Assembly: GCA_963534765.1 (NCBI GenBank)
Contig: CAUSUG010000001.1
Span: 1-45,204 of the forward strand
Source of the DNA: an uncultured Oribacterium sp.
GTDB lineage: Bacteria; Bacillota; Clostridia; Lachnospirales; Lachnospiraceae
DNA length: 45,204 bases
Direction: 5' to 3'
Shown here: positions 34,566-44,499 of the stretch, in pieces
Layout of the letters: each line of letters opens with the position of its first letter
Numbering within the stretch: the first letter of the stretch is position 1
The notes under the pieces: generated by a model
What the model saw: the letters and a program-made list of their open reading frames with translations, nothing else
Told to the model about the DNA's origin: nothing
Databases searched by the model: none
Position numbers and translations under genes: made by a program

Positions 34566-35981
34566 TTAATAGGCATTTTTGTTAATAAATCCTTTCCATA
34601 GGGTTAAAAAGAGTATGCGAATATCCAAAGAAAGGCTCCAGTTTTCTATATACCAAAGGTCGCAACGGATTCTTCCCTCAATGGAAGTATCTCCCCGGAA
34701 ACCGTTCACCTGCGCCCAGCCGGTCATCCCCGGTCGAACCTGATGCTTAATCATATAACGAGGAATCTGTTCCTTGAACTGCTCCACAAACTGGGTTCTC
34801 TCCGGTCTGGGACCGATGAGGGACATATCCCCCCGTAGAACATTGAAAAACTGGGGAAGCTCATCAATAGAGGTTTTTCGGATAATCTTTCCAATCCAAG
34901 TCACTCTGGGATCTCCCTTTACCGTCCAGCCCTTCTTTTCTTCCTCCACGGTCTGTACCCGCATAGAACGGAATTTGTACATTTGGAAGGGAAGATTATG
35001 CCTTCCCACTCTTTCCTGCTTGAAAATGATGGGGCCGCTGGAATCCAGGCGAATCAAAAGTGCCACCAACAGCATCAGGGGACCGAAAAGAATGATTCCC
35101 ACCAGGGCACCGAAAATATCCATCAGTCGCTTCACAAAAGCATTAAACGGATCCGTCAAGGGAACATTCCGAATATTGATGACAGGCAGTCCGTCCAAAT
35201 CCTCCGCAATGGGCTTGGAATGAATAATCTCCTGATAGTCCGGTAAAAATTTGGTATGGACACCGGATTTTTCACAAACCGCCACAATTCCCGGAAGCTT
35301 TTCATAAGCGGCAAGGGGCAGGGTTATCGCAATCTCGTCAATCGTGTTTTGAGCCAGGAAGTCTCCCAGCTCCTTGATTTTTCCGATTACGGATACCCCT
35401 CTATAGGACTCTCCCTTCTCCGCAAAATCATCTACAATACCGTAAATGGTATAGCCCCAATCCGGATTTCTTTTACAAGCGTCGATAAAACGGTTGGAAA
35501 CCGCGGAAAATCCCACCAGAATGAGGTGCTTTTGGTTAAAGCCCTTCTTTCGAAGAGTGGCCAGGAATCTTCTTAAACCATAACGCTCCAAGGTATTTAA
35601 ACAAATATTGCCAAGATAGTTATAGAACAGCACCTTGGTGGAGAAATGTTCAAAATAGCCGGATTTACGAAAGGCAAAGAAAAGAGAGGCGGAAATCAAA
35701 AGCCCCACACTGTTGGCTTGAATAATGCGAAAAAGCACATTTTTCATCCGCATGGTACGCATAGGATGATAAAGCCCGAAAATCCAATACAAAATTAAAT
35801 ATCCCGGAATCAGGGGAAGCAGGGCGGTAAAATACACCTTGGGAGAAAGTACGCCATGGCCCTCCGGAAAAATAGGATTCTCAATCGCAAAATACCATGC
35901 CAAAAAATAGGCCAAAGCTATGACGATTCCGTCGAAGAGGACCTGTAATTGATTTAGCTGTTTTTGTTTATCTTTGATCAT
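34566..35981 (-). CDS. Undecaprenyl-phosphate sugar-1-phosphate transferase (WcaJ/CpsE-type priming glycosyltransferase)
   Basis: N-terminal TMs; KRLMDI, KFRSM, DPRVT, RKTSIDELPQFFNVLRGDMSLIGPRPE, VRPGMTGWAQVNG; start at MIKDKQK. Confidence 0.93.
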   Translation of the reverse strand: MIKDKQKQLNQLQVLFDGIVIALAYFLAWYFAIENPIFPEGHGVLSPKVYFTALLPLIPGYLILYWIFGLYHPMRTMRMKNVLFRIIQANSVGLLISASLFFAFRKSGYFEHFSTKVLFYNYLGNICLNTLERYGLRRFLATLRKKGFNQKHLILVGFSAVSNRFIDACKRNPDWGYTIYGIVDDFAEKGESYRGVSVIGKIKELGDFLAQNTIDEIAITLPLAAYEKLPGIVAVCEKSGVHTKFLPDYQEIIHSKPIAEDLDGLPVINIRNVPLTDPFNAFVKRLMDIFGALVGIILFGPLMLLVALLIRLDSSGPIIFKQERVGRHNLPFQMYKFRSMRVQTVEEEKKGWTVKGDPRVTWIGKIIRKTSIDELPQFFNVLRGDMSLIGPRPERTQFVEQFKEQIPRYMIKHQVRPGMTGWAQVNGFRGDTSIEGRIRCDLWYIENWSLSLDIRILFLTLWKGFINKNAY

Positions 35982-36018
35982 ATTTCCCTTCCTGTACAAC
36001 AGCGGTATTAAAAAATTC

Positions 36019-37059
36019 TTAGGAAAGCAGATTCTTCGCAAAGGCGATTTGTCTTCTTAAAAGCCGCTCCGCCTCCGGTCTATGCACTTGCAATTCAAAG
36101 TCATGGGGCAATTCCCCCTCATTTTTACCGGGAAAATAGCTTTCCACCGGAACGCCGATTTGACGGAGCTTTCTTTGAAAGTCCTTCCCCTGTTCCTGAA
36201 AGGAGCCCAGGTTTCCGTCTGACAAAAAGGTGGGCGGAAAGCTTTTTTCAATATTTTGCAAAACAGAGGCTTCCTTCGCCTTTTTTCCCTTTTCCAAATC
36301 TTTTTCCTGAAAATAGGCAATTCCCCAGTTTCGAAAATAAGAATTGTTTTCTTTTGAATTTGTCTGCCCGTAACGGGTAGTATCCAGGAGGCCGGAAAGA
36401 GAGATAAAGCCGCAAATCCTGCCCTTTCCCCTTCCAAAAACCTCTTCCACCTTTAATCTTTTTCTGTATTTATCATCCAGCTGGCTAAGGATAAACTGTC
36501 CTCCCAGTGCAGCTCCTGCACTGTCTCCCAGAATAATAAGCTTATTCGGATTAATCCCTAAAATATCCTTTTTCTGTACTATGGTTTTTACAGCAGCGGC
36601 AGCTTGCCTCAGGGCGATAGGATAGGGATAATCCGGCGCCAAAGCATAGTCAATGGCTATGACTTGGAATCCGTTCTTCAGCCATTCCAGAAAATAGGGA
36701 TGCTGGTCCACAACATTTTTACTGCCGGACACAAAACCGCCTCCATGAAAATAAAGGATGGTGCCCAGAACCTCCTTCTGTCGTTCTTTCGGATACAGGT
36801 ATGCATCAAAGAAATTGTTGGGGTAGGCGGAAGGATAGGAAATATTTTTATACCGAATATATTCTCCATATTCCTCTCTGTAGCTTCTCTTCTCTTCCCC
36901 CGTAAGAACGGCAGTTCTTTTGGTAAAGGACACTGCCTCCTTTATGGCTTCTCTTTCCCTTCCTTTTCCTTCCTCCCGGAAGAAAAAAAAGCTAAGCCCG
37001 AGAAAAAAACATAGAAAGAAAGCTATCCCTATTCTTTTTTTGAAAAACTTTCCTCCCAT
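36019..37059 (-). CDS. Membrane-anchored/secreted alpha/beta hydrolase (HSL-type esterase)
   Basis: N-terminal hydrophobic helix; HGGGF oxyanion motif, DYALAP, GDSAG nucleophile, LPHDF; start uncertain (37059 or 37131). Confidence 0.85.
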   Translation of the reverse strand: MGGKFFKKRIGIAFFLCFFLGLSFFFFREEGKGREREAIKEAVSFTKRTAVLTGEEKRSYREEYGEYIRYKNISYPSAYPNNFFDAYLYPKERQKEVLGTILYFHGGGFVSGSKNVVDQHPYFLEWLKNGFQVIAIDYALAPDYPYPIALRQAAAAVKTIVQKKDILGINPNKLIILGDSAGAALGGQFILSQLDDKYRKRLKVEEVFGRGKGRICGFISLSGLLDTTRYGQTNSKENNSYFRNWGIAYFQEKDLEKGKKAKEASVLQNIEKSFPPTFLSDGNLGSFQEQGKDFQRKLRQIGVPVESYFPGKNEGELPHDFELQVHRPEAERLLRRQIAFAKNLLS

Positions 37060-37156
37060 GTTCTTTCGGCCTTCTCTTTCTCTGTCATCTTTCTGTCTTG
37101 TATCCTGTCTCTTCCATCTGAAAAATATCATAAGACATATTTGTTTAGTATAGCAT

Positions 37157-37194
37157 AAAAAAAGCTTCCGGAACTCGTCTCAGAAGCTTTTTTT
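37157..37194. terminator. Intrinsic terminator downstream of htrA
   Basis: AAAAAAAGCTTC...GAAGCTTTTTTT. Confidence 0.75.
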
Positions 37195-37339
37195 ATCGCA
37201 ATCACACAATTTATTTTTTATTTTCCGTTCATTTTTCCTACTTTTAAGGAGAAGCTTAAAGCCTCCTCTATGAAAATATCATTTTTCTAAAAATCTCATC
37301 TTCTTTAAGGTTTGCAGATATCTCCGAAAGAAGCTTTTC

Positions 37340-38584
37340 TTAGTTATTGTCAGTACTGTTCTTTCCTAAAGTTACTTCTACCGTCTTTTCTTCATATTGT
37401 CCCTTGGCAGAAAGACGTTTTACAGTCACCTCCACCTTTTCTCCTGCCTTATAGCCGGAGATTAAGGAAACCAAATCCTCCAGGCTTCTTACGCCCTGTC
37501 CGTCAAACTTGGTAATAATATCCTTTTCCTGTAAAGCGGAATTATCAATGCCATCACCCTTTAAAATCTTATAGACGTAAATTCCTTGGGGCATGTTGTA
37601 GGCTTCCGCAATACTGCTGTCCACCGTTTTTCCTTGAATACCGATGTAGCCTCTTTCATCATCCTTTACCTTTTCTCTGGTATCTCTCTTGGAGAGTGTC
37701 TCCACGATTTCCTGAACCTTCTTGGCAGGAATGGAGTAGCCCATACCCTCTACAGTTGTATCGGAATACTTTGCCACATTGATACCGATTAACTCTCCCT
37801 GCATATTCAGTAAGGCGCCGCCGGAGTTTCCGGGATTAATGGCTGCATCGGTTTGTAAAAGGCCGGTTTCCGAACCATTTTCCGTTTGAATGTCTCTATC
37901 CTTGGCAGAGATAATACCGGTGGTTACAGACTGTCCGTAACCTAATGCATTTCCGATAGCCACTACCTGATCTCCTACGCTTAAGGCATCGGAATCCCCG
38001 AAGGTGGCTGTGCTAATACTCTTCCTGGTTTCTGCGGAAATGGAATCCAAAGGAACGGCAATTACAGCTAAATCCGCATCACTGTCTGTTCCCTTAATCT
38101 TTGCATCGTAGGACTTTCCGTCCACAAATTGTACGGACAGGGAAGTGGAATCCTCTACCACATGCTTATTGGTCACAATCAGAAGCTCATTATCATTTTC
38201 TCCGATAATCACACCGGAACCGCTGGCTGCCGCCTCTTGCGTCTGCCCCTGACCGTAAAGAGAAAAGCCGTTCTGCTGATACTTAATGGTGTTTGTGATG
38301 GAAACTACGGAAGGCATTGCGGTCTTAGCAATATTGGACACACTCTCTTCTCCGGATGTAGTAGTCTTTTCGGAAGAACTGTCGTTGTTATCCTTTGCTA
38401 CCGTTTTCTGAATGGGAGAAGAGCTTTCCTTCTGTCCCTGTCCGGTAAGCTCATTCACACTCGCTACAATTTCGGAACGGTGTTGATCTGCCAACACATT
38501 TACCCCCACCATAGTGCCTCCGGATACTGCTCCGAAAAGAAGGGCGGATGCCACAATTCCTGCTACTCTATTTCCTCTTGCCAT
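37340..38584 (-). CDS. htrA: HtrA/DegP-family serine protease with one PDZ domain
   Basis: N-terminal anchor; TNKHVV, DLAVI, AIGNALG, QTDAAINPGNSGGAL; C-terminal PDZ. Confidence 0.95.
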   Translation of the reverse strand: MARGNRVAGIVASALLFGAVSGGTMVGVNVLADQHRSEIVASVNELTGQGQKESSSPIQKTVAKDNNDSSSEKTTTSGEESVSNIAKTAMPSVVSITNTIKYQQNGFSLYGQGQTQEAAASGSGVIIGENDNELLIVTNKHVVEDSTSLSVQFVDGKSYDAKIKGTDSDADLAVIAVPLDSISAETRKSISTATFGDSDALSVGDQVVAIGNALGYGQSVTTGIISAKDRDIQTENGSETGLLQTDAAINPGNSGGALLNMQGELIGINVAKYSDTTVEGMGYSIPAKKVQEIVETLSKRDTREKVKDDERGYIGIQGKTVDSSIAEAYNMPQGIYVYKILKGDGIDNSALQEKDIITKFDGQGVRSLEDLVSLISGYKAGEKVEVTVKRLSAKGQYEEKTVEVTLGKNSTDNN

Positions 38585-38736
38585 AATTTACCTCCTTACT
38601 AAGCCAAAGCTTTCTCCCTTATGACTTAGCTCTTTCTTTTTATTTACTATTGAAAACTTGCATTATTTCATGGTCTTGGGAAGCTGTTTTCCTTTTGACA
38701 AGACATAGAATAGAAAAAAAATGTGGCAAAAAAATG

Positions 38737-38769
38737 GAAAAAGAGTGAGGATTTTGTGTCCTCACTCTT
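38737..38769 (-). terminator. Intrinsic terminator after the GH13 pair
   Basis: AAGAGTGAGGA / TCCTCACTCTT 11-bp stem; T-rich tail on the - strand. Confidence 0.75.
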
Positions 38770-38779
38770 ATCTTACTTT

Positions 38780-40456
38780 TTATTCCACTTCTAAAATCAA
38801 AGCCTCATAACCGGAAAGCTTTACGGTATTACCATTGATTCTTGGCTCCACATTGGAAAGTACCACCTTCTTAATTGTTCCGGGAATCTCCACTTCTCTT
38901 TCTTCTTTTCTGTAATTCCCCAAAACCAAAAGGGTTTTCTTCTCTCCCTTTCTGTAGAAAGCCATAAAGCGGTCTTCCTTCTCCAGGAAGGGAATAAAGT
39001 CTCCATAAACCACCGCTTCCTTATACTCCTCCTGCTTACGAAGAGCACAGAGCGCTTTGTAATAGGCCAGAACAGAAGCCGGATCCTTCTCCTGACTTTC
39101 CACATTAATCCTTGTATAGTTGGGATTTACGGGAAGCCAAGGTTTCCCGGTGGTAAAGCCTGCTTCCTTACCGCCTGTCCATTGCATAGGAGTTCTGGCA
39201 TTGTCTCTGGAATATCGATTGACAATCTTCAATGCTTCTTCCTTACTATAGCCATGCTCCAAGGCGATCTTATACTCATCCAGGGTGGAAATGTCGTCTA
39301 CCTCGGAAATGTCGTGGAAAACCACATTTTCCATACCGATTTCCTGTCCCTGGTAAATAAAGGGAAGGCCTCTCTGCATCATCAGCATGGTGGCAATAAA
39401 CTTCTTGGAGGTATCGCTTAAATCCTCAGCAGGAATATAGCTGTTTACTCCCCTCGACTCGTCATGGTTCTCAATAACGGTAGAAATAAATCCTACGGGA
39501 TTTACCAATCTTTGGGTTAAGAAGCAGTTGTCCCGATAAGCATTGGGGGTAACCGGCTTATTGTCAAACCATCCCTTGTCGGAATGTCCGCTACTATGGG
39601 CACGGAAGTCGAACATGGAAGAAAAATAACCGTCTTCTCCGATAAACTCCGGAATCTGCTCCTCTGTTTCATTAAAGACCTCTCCCACAGAAAAGGCATT
39701 GTGAGGGCGGAAACAACAATCCCGCATTTCCCGAAGGAATTCTCCGATTCCCTCCGCCTCATAAATCATATTGGTGCAGGCGGCCATACCGTCCTCTCGG
39801 TCCGCAGGATAGTGATGTCCCTGAAGGGGGAATACCTTCTTGATGTTCAGGATGGCATCAATACGGAAACCGGATACCCCCTTGTCCAACCACCAGTTAA
39901 TCATCTTGTAGATTTCTTCTCTAAGCTTTGGATTCTCCCAGTTTAAATCCGGCTGTTTCTTATGGAAGAGGTGTAGGTAATAGGTGTTCTCCGTTCCCGG
40001 TACCTTCTCCCAAACGGAACCTCCAAAATAGGAACGCCAGTTATTGGGCTCCTTCCCGTCGATTCCCTCTTCAAAGAAGAAATAATCCGCATAGGGTCCC
40101 TTGGGATCCGCAACGGCCTTTTGGAACCACTCATGCTCATCGGAGCAATGGTTTACCACCAAGTCCAAAAGGATATGCATGTCCCTTTTCTTAGCCTCCG
40201 CCAAAAGCTCCTCCATATCCTCATTGGAACCGAAGCGGGGATCAATCTTATAGTAATCCGCAATATCATAGCCCTGGTCCGCCAAAGGGGATAGGAAGCA
40301 GGGAGAAATCCAGATAATATCAATCCCCAGACTTTTCAAATAATCCAGTTTTTCGATAATTCCCCGAATGTCTCCGATTCCGTTTCCCTTAGTATCCTTA
40401 AAGCTTTTTGGGTAAATCTGGTAAGCGACCTTCTCCTGCCACCATTCTTTTCTCAT
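38780..40456 (-). CDS. GH13 alpha-glucosidase (oligo-1,6-glucosidase-like subfamily; Asp-Ala after the nucleophile)
   Basis: YQIYPKSF, DLVVNH, QPDLN, GFRIDAI, SVGEV, ENHDE, YQGQEIGM, SRDNARTPMQW. Confidence 0.92.
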   Translation of the reverse strand: MRKEWWQEKVAYQIYPKSFKDTKGNGIGDIRGIIEKLDYLKSLGIDIIWISPCFLSPLADQGYDIADYYKIDPRFGSNEDMEELLAEAKKRDMHILLDLVVNHCSDEHEWFQKAVADPKGPYADYFFFEEGIDGKEPNNWRSYFGGSVWEKVPGTENTYYLHLFHKKQPDLNWENPKLREEIYKMINWWLDKGVSGFRIDAILNIKKVFPLQGHHYPADREDGMAACTNMIYEAEGIGEFLREMRDCCFRPHNAFSVGEVFNETEEQIPEFIGEDGYFSSMFDFRAHSSGHSDKGWFDNKPVTPNAYRDNCFLTQRLVNPVGFISTVIENHDESRGVNSYIPAEDLSDTSKKFIATMLMMQRGLPFIYQGQEIGMENVVFHDISEVDDISTLDEYKIALEHGYSKEEALKIVNRYSRDNARTPMQWTGGKEAGFTTGKPWLPVNPNYTRINVESQEKDPASVLAYYKALCALRKQEEYKEAVVYGDFIPFLEKEDRFMAFYRKGEKKTLLVLGNYRKEEREVEIPGTIKKVVLSNVEPRINGNTVKLSGYEALILEVE

Positions 40457-40547
40457 TTTTTCTCCTTACTATATTTTCCTTCTCTGTCATTCTATCCTTC
40501 CGACAAAATGCGAGCTTTCCGGCCGTGACAAAGCTGCCGCGGCTGAT

Positions 40548-42287
40548 TTAAATTTCTAATACAAAGGCCTCATAGGGAAGCAAATGTCCTCTCTTGGCAT
40601 CTTCCCCTTCCACATTGTGGATCAAGAGCTTTCCTGTCTTAAACTCCTCAGGAATCACGAAATCTCTCTCATTTTCCGATACGTTACAAACTACTAAAAG
40701 CTTCTTCTCTCCCAAAGAACGCTCATACACGAATAAATCCGGATCCTCCGGAAGTAATAAGCGGAAGTCTCCATACACAATCAAGTCGGAGCTATGGCGT
40801 AAAGCAATCAGCTTCTGATAGTAGTGGAACACGGAATCCGGTCTCTTCAACTGTTCCTCCGCATTCACTGTAGTATAGTTGGGATTTACCGAAATCCAAG
40901 GAGTTCCTGTGGTAAAGCCCGCTTCCTTTTCACTGTTCCACTGCATGGGAGTTCTGGCATTGTCCCTACTCTTATGGGCAATCATGGGGAACAGCTCCTC
41001 CGGACTGATATGAAGCTTCTCTGTCAGTTCTTCATACGCATTGATACTTTCCAAGTCCCTAAACTGGGAAGGATCGGTAAAGGGATAATTTCCCATTCCC
41101 AGCTCTTCTCCCTGATATACATAAGGAGTTCCCTGCATCATATGAAGGAAGGTAGCAATACACTTTGCAGAACGCTCTCTGTATTGCCCTCCGTCATCCC
41201 CCAGCCGGGCTAGAACTCTGGGCTGGTCATGGTTGCAAAGATAGATACTGTTCCAAGCCACATCCTGTAAGCCCAGCTGCCATTTTTCCAGATTCTTCTT
41301 TAATGGCACCAAGGGCATCTTCTCTGTATTCCATTTAAAGCCATACTTCGTACTATCGTCCAAGCTCACATGTTCAAACTGAAAAATCATGTTTAACTCG
41401 GTCTGGGCTTCATTGGCATATTTCTTTGCTTCCTCTAAAGTTACTCCCGCAGTCTCTCCTACAGTCATTAAATCATATTTTGAGAGCACCTTTTGATTCA
41501 TTTCCTGCAAAAATTCATGGACTCTGGGGCCATTGGCACAAACTGCTCCGTCTCCATAAACAGCCCCTTTTGGAATCTCTGTACTGGGAAGTCCCTCAGG
41601 CTTGGAAATTAAGGAAATAACATCCATACGGAAGCCGTCAATTCCCTTTTCACACCAACGGGTCATCATATCAAAAACTTCTTTTCTGACGATTTCATTT
41701 TCCCAGTTCAGATCCGGCTGCTTTTTGGAGAAGAGGTGGAGATAGAACTCCCCGGTCTTCTCATCAAAGACCCAAGCCGGTCCGGAGAAGAAGGAGCCCC
41801 AGTTGTTGGGAGGAAGAAGCTTTTCTCCCTGATACTCCACAATATCCCCGGCAAAGCGCTCCTGCTCTTCCTTAGATACGGTGGACAGTGGTCTTCCCTT
41901 ACGCCAAATGTAGTAATCTCTCTTGGCGTTTTCTTTATCCTTACGGCTCTCCATAAACCAGGCATGTTCATCGGAGCTGTGGTTTACTACCAAATCCATC
42001 ACAATCTTAATGCCTTTTTCATGAGCCTTCTTTAAAAGACGGTCAAAATCCGCCATGGTACCGAACTCTTCCATGATATCCTCATAGTCGGAAATATCAT
42101 AGCCGTTGTCATCATTGGGAGAACGATAAACAGGGGAAAGCCAGATTACATCAATCCCTAATTCCTTAAGATAATCCAATTTGCTTTCAATTCCCGGCAA
42201 ATCTCCGATACCGTCTCCATTACTATCACAGAAGCTTCTGGGATAAATCTGATACACAACGGCTTCCTTCCACCATGTTTTTTTCAT
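40548..42287 (-). CDS. malL: GH13 oligo-1,6-glucosidase (MalL/DexB-like)
   Basis: YQIYPRSF, DLVVNH, QPDLN, GFRMDVISLISK, TVGET, NHDQPR, YQGEELGM. Confidence 0.88.
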   Translation of the reverse strand: MKKTWWKEAVVYQIYPRSFCDSNGDGIGDLPGIESKLDYLKELGIDVIWLSPVYRSPNDDNGYDISDYEDIMEEFGTMADFDRLLKKAHEKGIKIVMDLVVNHSSDEHAWFMESRKDKENAKRDYYIWRKGRPLSTVSKEEQERFAGDIVEYQGEKLLPPNNWGSFFSGPAWVFDEKTGEFYLHLFSKKQPDLNWENEIVRKEVFDMMTRWCEKGIDGFRMDVISLISKPEGLPSTEIPKGAVYGDGAVCANGPRVHEFLQEMNQKVLSKYDLMTVGETAGVTLEEAKKYANEAQTELNMIFQFEHVSLDDSTKYGFKWNTEKMPLVPLKKNLEKWQLGLQDVAWNSIYLCNHDQPRVLARLGDDGGQYRERSAKCIATFLHMMQGTPYVYQGEELGMGNYPFTDPSQFRDLESINAYEELTEKLHISPEELFPMIAHKSRDNARTPMQWNSEKEAGFTTGTPWISVNPNYTTVNAEEQLKRPDSVFHYYQKLIALRHSSDLIVYGDFRLLLPEDPDLFVYERSLGEKKLLVVCNVSENERDFVIPEEFKTGKLLIHNVEGEDAKRGHLLPYEAFVLEI

Positions 42288-42373
42288 CTTCTTCTCCTTC
42301 CAAAGAAAACAATATATTATTCCATTAACAATACACTATTCGCAACAATCTTCTATTCCGTTACGGAAGCACA

Positions 42374-43516
42374 CTACACTTCCTCTAAGAACTTTTCTCT
42401 ATCCTTAAGCTCCGCTTTCTTTTGCAAATGAAGCTGTAGCCCGGGGGATTGCTTTTGCTCCCCTACCGTCTGCACAGAACTTCCTTTCTCCAGAAATACA
42501 GGTAAGCGAATATCTTTTTTACGAGTTCCAATATCCTGCTCTTCCTTAAGCAGAAGTACCAATTCCATTACTGCCCGTCTTCCCTTTTCCGTGCTGTCCT
42601 GACAAATGGTGCAAAGCCGAGGTCTTGCTCTCTTTGCCGCAAAAATCCCATCATATCCGGCAATGGAAATATCTTCCGGAATTCGTAGCTTTTGATCCAT
42701 ACAAAAGCTCATCATTTCCAGGGCCATAATATCTGCCGTAAAAAATAAAGCCGTACAGTCCCAAAAATTTTCCCGGTAAAAATCCTTATACTGCTTTTGT
42801 CTAATTTTCCCATCATAGGATAAATTTCGGCAAAGGCTCCGATCTACCGCTAAGTTTTTTTCTTCGTAAGCCTGTAGGTACCCCTGATACCGGATATTGT
42901 CTATGGCATCTTTCCGTAATACATCCATGCCGTCCATCAATGATAAAAAAGCAATTTTTTCGTGTCCTTTGGAAAGCAGGTAGCGAGTCATCTCCAGCGC
43001 TCCCCGGTAATCCTCCAGTCCTACATTAACATAGGAATAATCCTCCGGAAAGAAAATGGTATCTATAGTAACAACCGGTACCGAATTCAGAGAACGTAAA
43101 TAATAGTAGTCTTCACGCTTTGCTCCCAAGAGAATAATCCCTTCCACATTCCACTCTAAAGTGATTTTGGTACAAAGCTCCATTTGGGGATTGGCATACA
43201 GCAAAAGAAAATATCCTTCCTTCTGCAGCGCACTTTGTACTGCACCGATAATCGAAGAAACAAAGGGATCCTGTACAATACTTTCCTCTTCAGCTCTGCT
43301 ATAGGTCAAAATCAGAGCAATAAGACGGGAGCCCTGTTTTGTCAACATTTGGGCCCCCCGGTGCGTAACATAATGCTCTTCTTCTAAAATCCTTTGCACC
43401 TTTTCATAGAGCTCAGGACTTAACTTGTTTTTTCGCCCATGAATCACATTGGATACTGTAGAGGGACTTACATTTGCAAGTTTAGCAATATCTTTAATTC
43501 TAGCCATAATCTTCAT
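42374..43516 (-). CDS. LacI family transcription regulator
   Basis: IKDIAKLANVSPSTVSNVIHG HTH, GHEKIAFL, IPEDISIAGYD; start may be 43507. Confidence 0.93.
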   Translation of the reverse strand: MKIMARIKDIAKLANVSPSTVSNVIHGRKNKLSPELYEKVQRILEEEHYVTHRGAQMLTKQGSRLIALILTYSRAEEESIVQDPFVSSIIGAVQSALQKEGYFLLLYANPQMELCTKITLEWNVEGIILLGAKREDYYYLRSLNSVPVVTIDTIFFPEDYSYVNVGLEDYRGALEMTRYLLSKGHEKIAFLSLMDGMDVLRKDAIDNIRYQGYLQAYEEKNLAVDRSLCRNLSYDGKIRQKQYKDFYRENFWDCTALFFTADIMALEMMSFCMDQKLRIPEDISIAGYDGIFAAKRARPRLCTICQDSTEKGRRAVMELVLLLKEEQDIGTRKKDIRLPVFLEKGSSVQTVGEQKQSPGLQLHLQKKAELKDREKFLEEV

Positions 43517-43542
43517 TCTGAATATTTATCTTGAGAACAGCC

Positions 43543-43583
43543 TGCAAAGGATCTGCATTCCTTGCAATCTGCAGTCCTTTGCA
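43543..43583. repeat. TGCA-rich inverted/direct repeat between the ABC permease and LacI genes
   Basis: TGCAAAGGA-T-CTGCA...TGCAG-TCCTTTGCA stem; also ATCTGCATTCCTTGCA / ATCTGCAGTCCTTTGCA tandem. Confidence 0.6.
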
Positions 43584-43629
43584 ATAAATATTCCTCTCTC
43601 TGTTAGATTCTTTGAGAACGCTATTCTCC

Positions 43630-44499
43630 TTATCCTTTTACAGCACCCTCTACCATTCCGCTCATAATCTGCTTCTGTCCTACTAGGAAAACAATAATCA
43701 TAGGAAGAATTGCCAGTAATGCTGCAGACAAAATTAAATCCCACTGTTTTACATAAGATCCCACAAAGGCCTGCACAGCTACAGGAAGAGTCTTAATCTT
43801 TCCATTCTGTCCCAGCATCAAAGAAGGCAGTAAATAGTCGTTCCAAATCCACATACCGTTCAAAATGGTCACCGTAGTAATCACCGGACGAAGCAAAGGA
43901 AAGATGATCTTGAAAAATGTTCCCTCGGGAGAACAGCCGTCAATTGCCGCAGCCTCCTCCAGTTCATAGGGAATACCCTTAATAAAACCTGTCAGAATAA
44001 ATACGGTCATGGCACCGCCGAAACCAAGGTAAGCAAACAAAATACCATGTACAGACTGCAACATATTAATGCCTACAAACTTTCCCACATCTCTAAAGGT
44101 GGAAAGAAGAGGAAGCATTACAACCTGGAAGGGAATAATCATAGAAGCAATAAAAGTCATATATACGGCAATAGCCCAAGGCTTTTTATTGTTTCTGCTG
44201 ATAACCCAGGCAGCCATGCAGCCGAATAAAATCAGAAGAACCAAAGACACTACTGTAATAATCGCTGAAGTACCGAAAGCATACCAGAAGTTAAAGTTGG
44301 AATTATGAATTACCGAATTCAAGTTGGCCTGTAACTGGGCAAAACTAACCCCTTGAAAAGCCACCGGATCCTTAACGATATCTGCTTGTCTCTTGAAGGA
44401 ATTCATCACTACTAAATAGAAGGGAAATAAAATATAAATTGCAATGCAAGTTCCCAGAATCCCCAAGATTAAATTTTTTACACTTTTAGACTTGCCCAT
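43630..44499 (-). CDS. Carbohydrate ABC transporter permease (MalG/MsmG-type)
   Basis: SMIIPFQ, EAA loop IPYELEEAAAIDG, WNDYLLP; ATG overlaps the upstream TAA (TAATG). Confidence 0.95.
   Translation of the reverse strand: MGKSKSVKNLILGILGTCIAIYILFPFYLVVMNSFKRQADIVKDPVAFQGVSFAQLQANLNSVIHNSNFNFWYAFGTSAIITVVSLVLLILFGCMAAWVISRNNKKPWAIAVYMTFIASMIIPFQVVMLPLLSTFRDVGKFVGINMLQSVHGILFAYLGFGGAMTVFILTGFIKGIPYELEEAAAIDGCSPEGTFFKIIFPLLRPVITTVTILNGMWIWNDYLLPSLMLGQNGKIKTLPVAVQAFVGSYVKQWDLILSAALLAILPMIIVFLVGQKQIMSGMVEGAVKG

Noticed and set aside
36983..37041. A8/A7/T7 runs in the esterase 5' end as a phase-variation switch
   Set aside because: Frame is intact, and the runs are explained by Phe/Lys codons of the signal-anchor
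42356..42368. TTCCG-TTA-CGGAA as the LacI operator
   Set aside because: Odd-spaced palindrome lacking the central CG of typical LacI-family sites; the true operator is probably upstream of the ABC genes, outside the window
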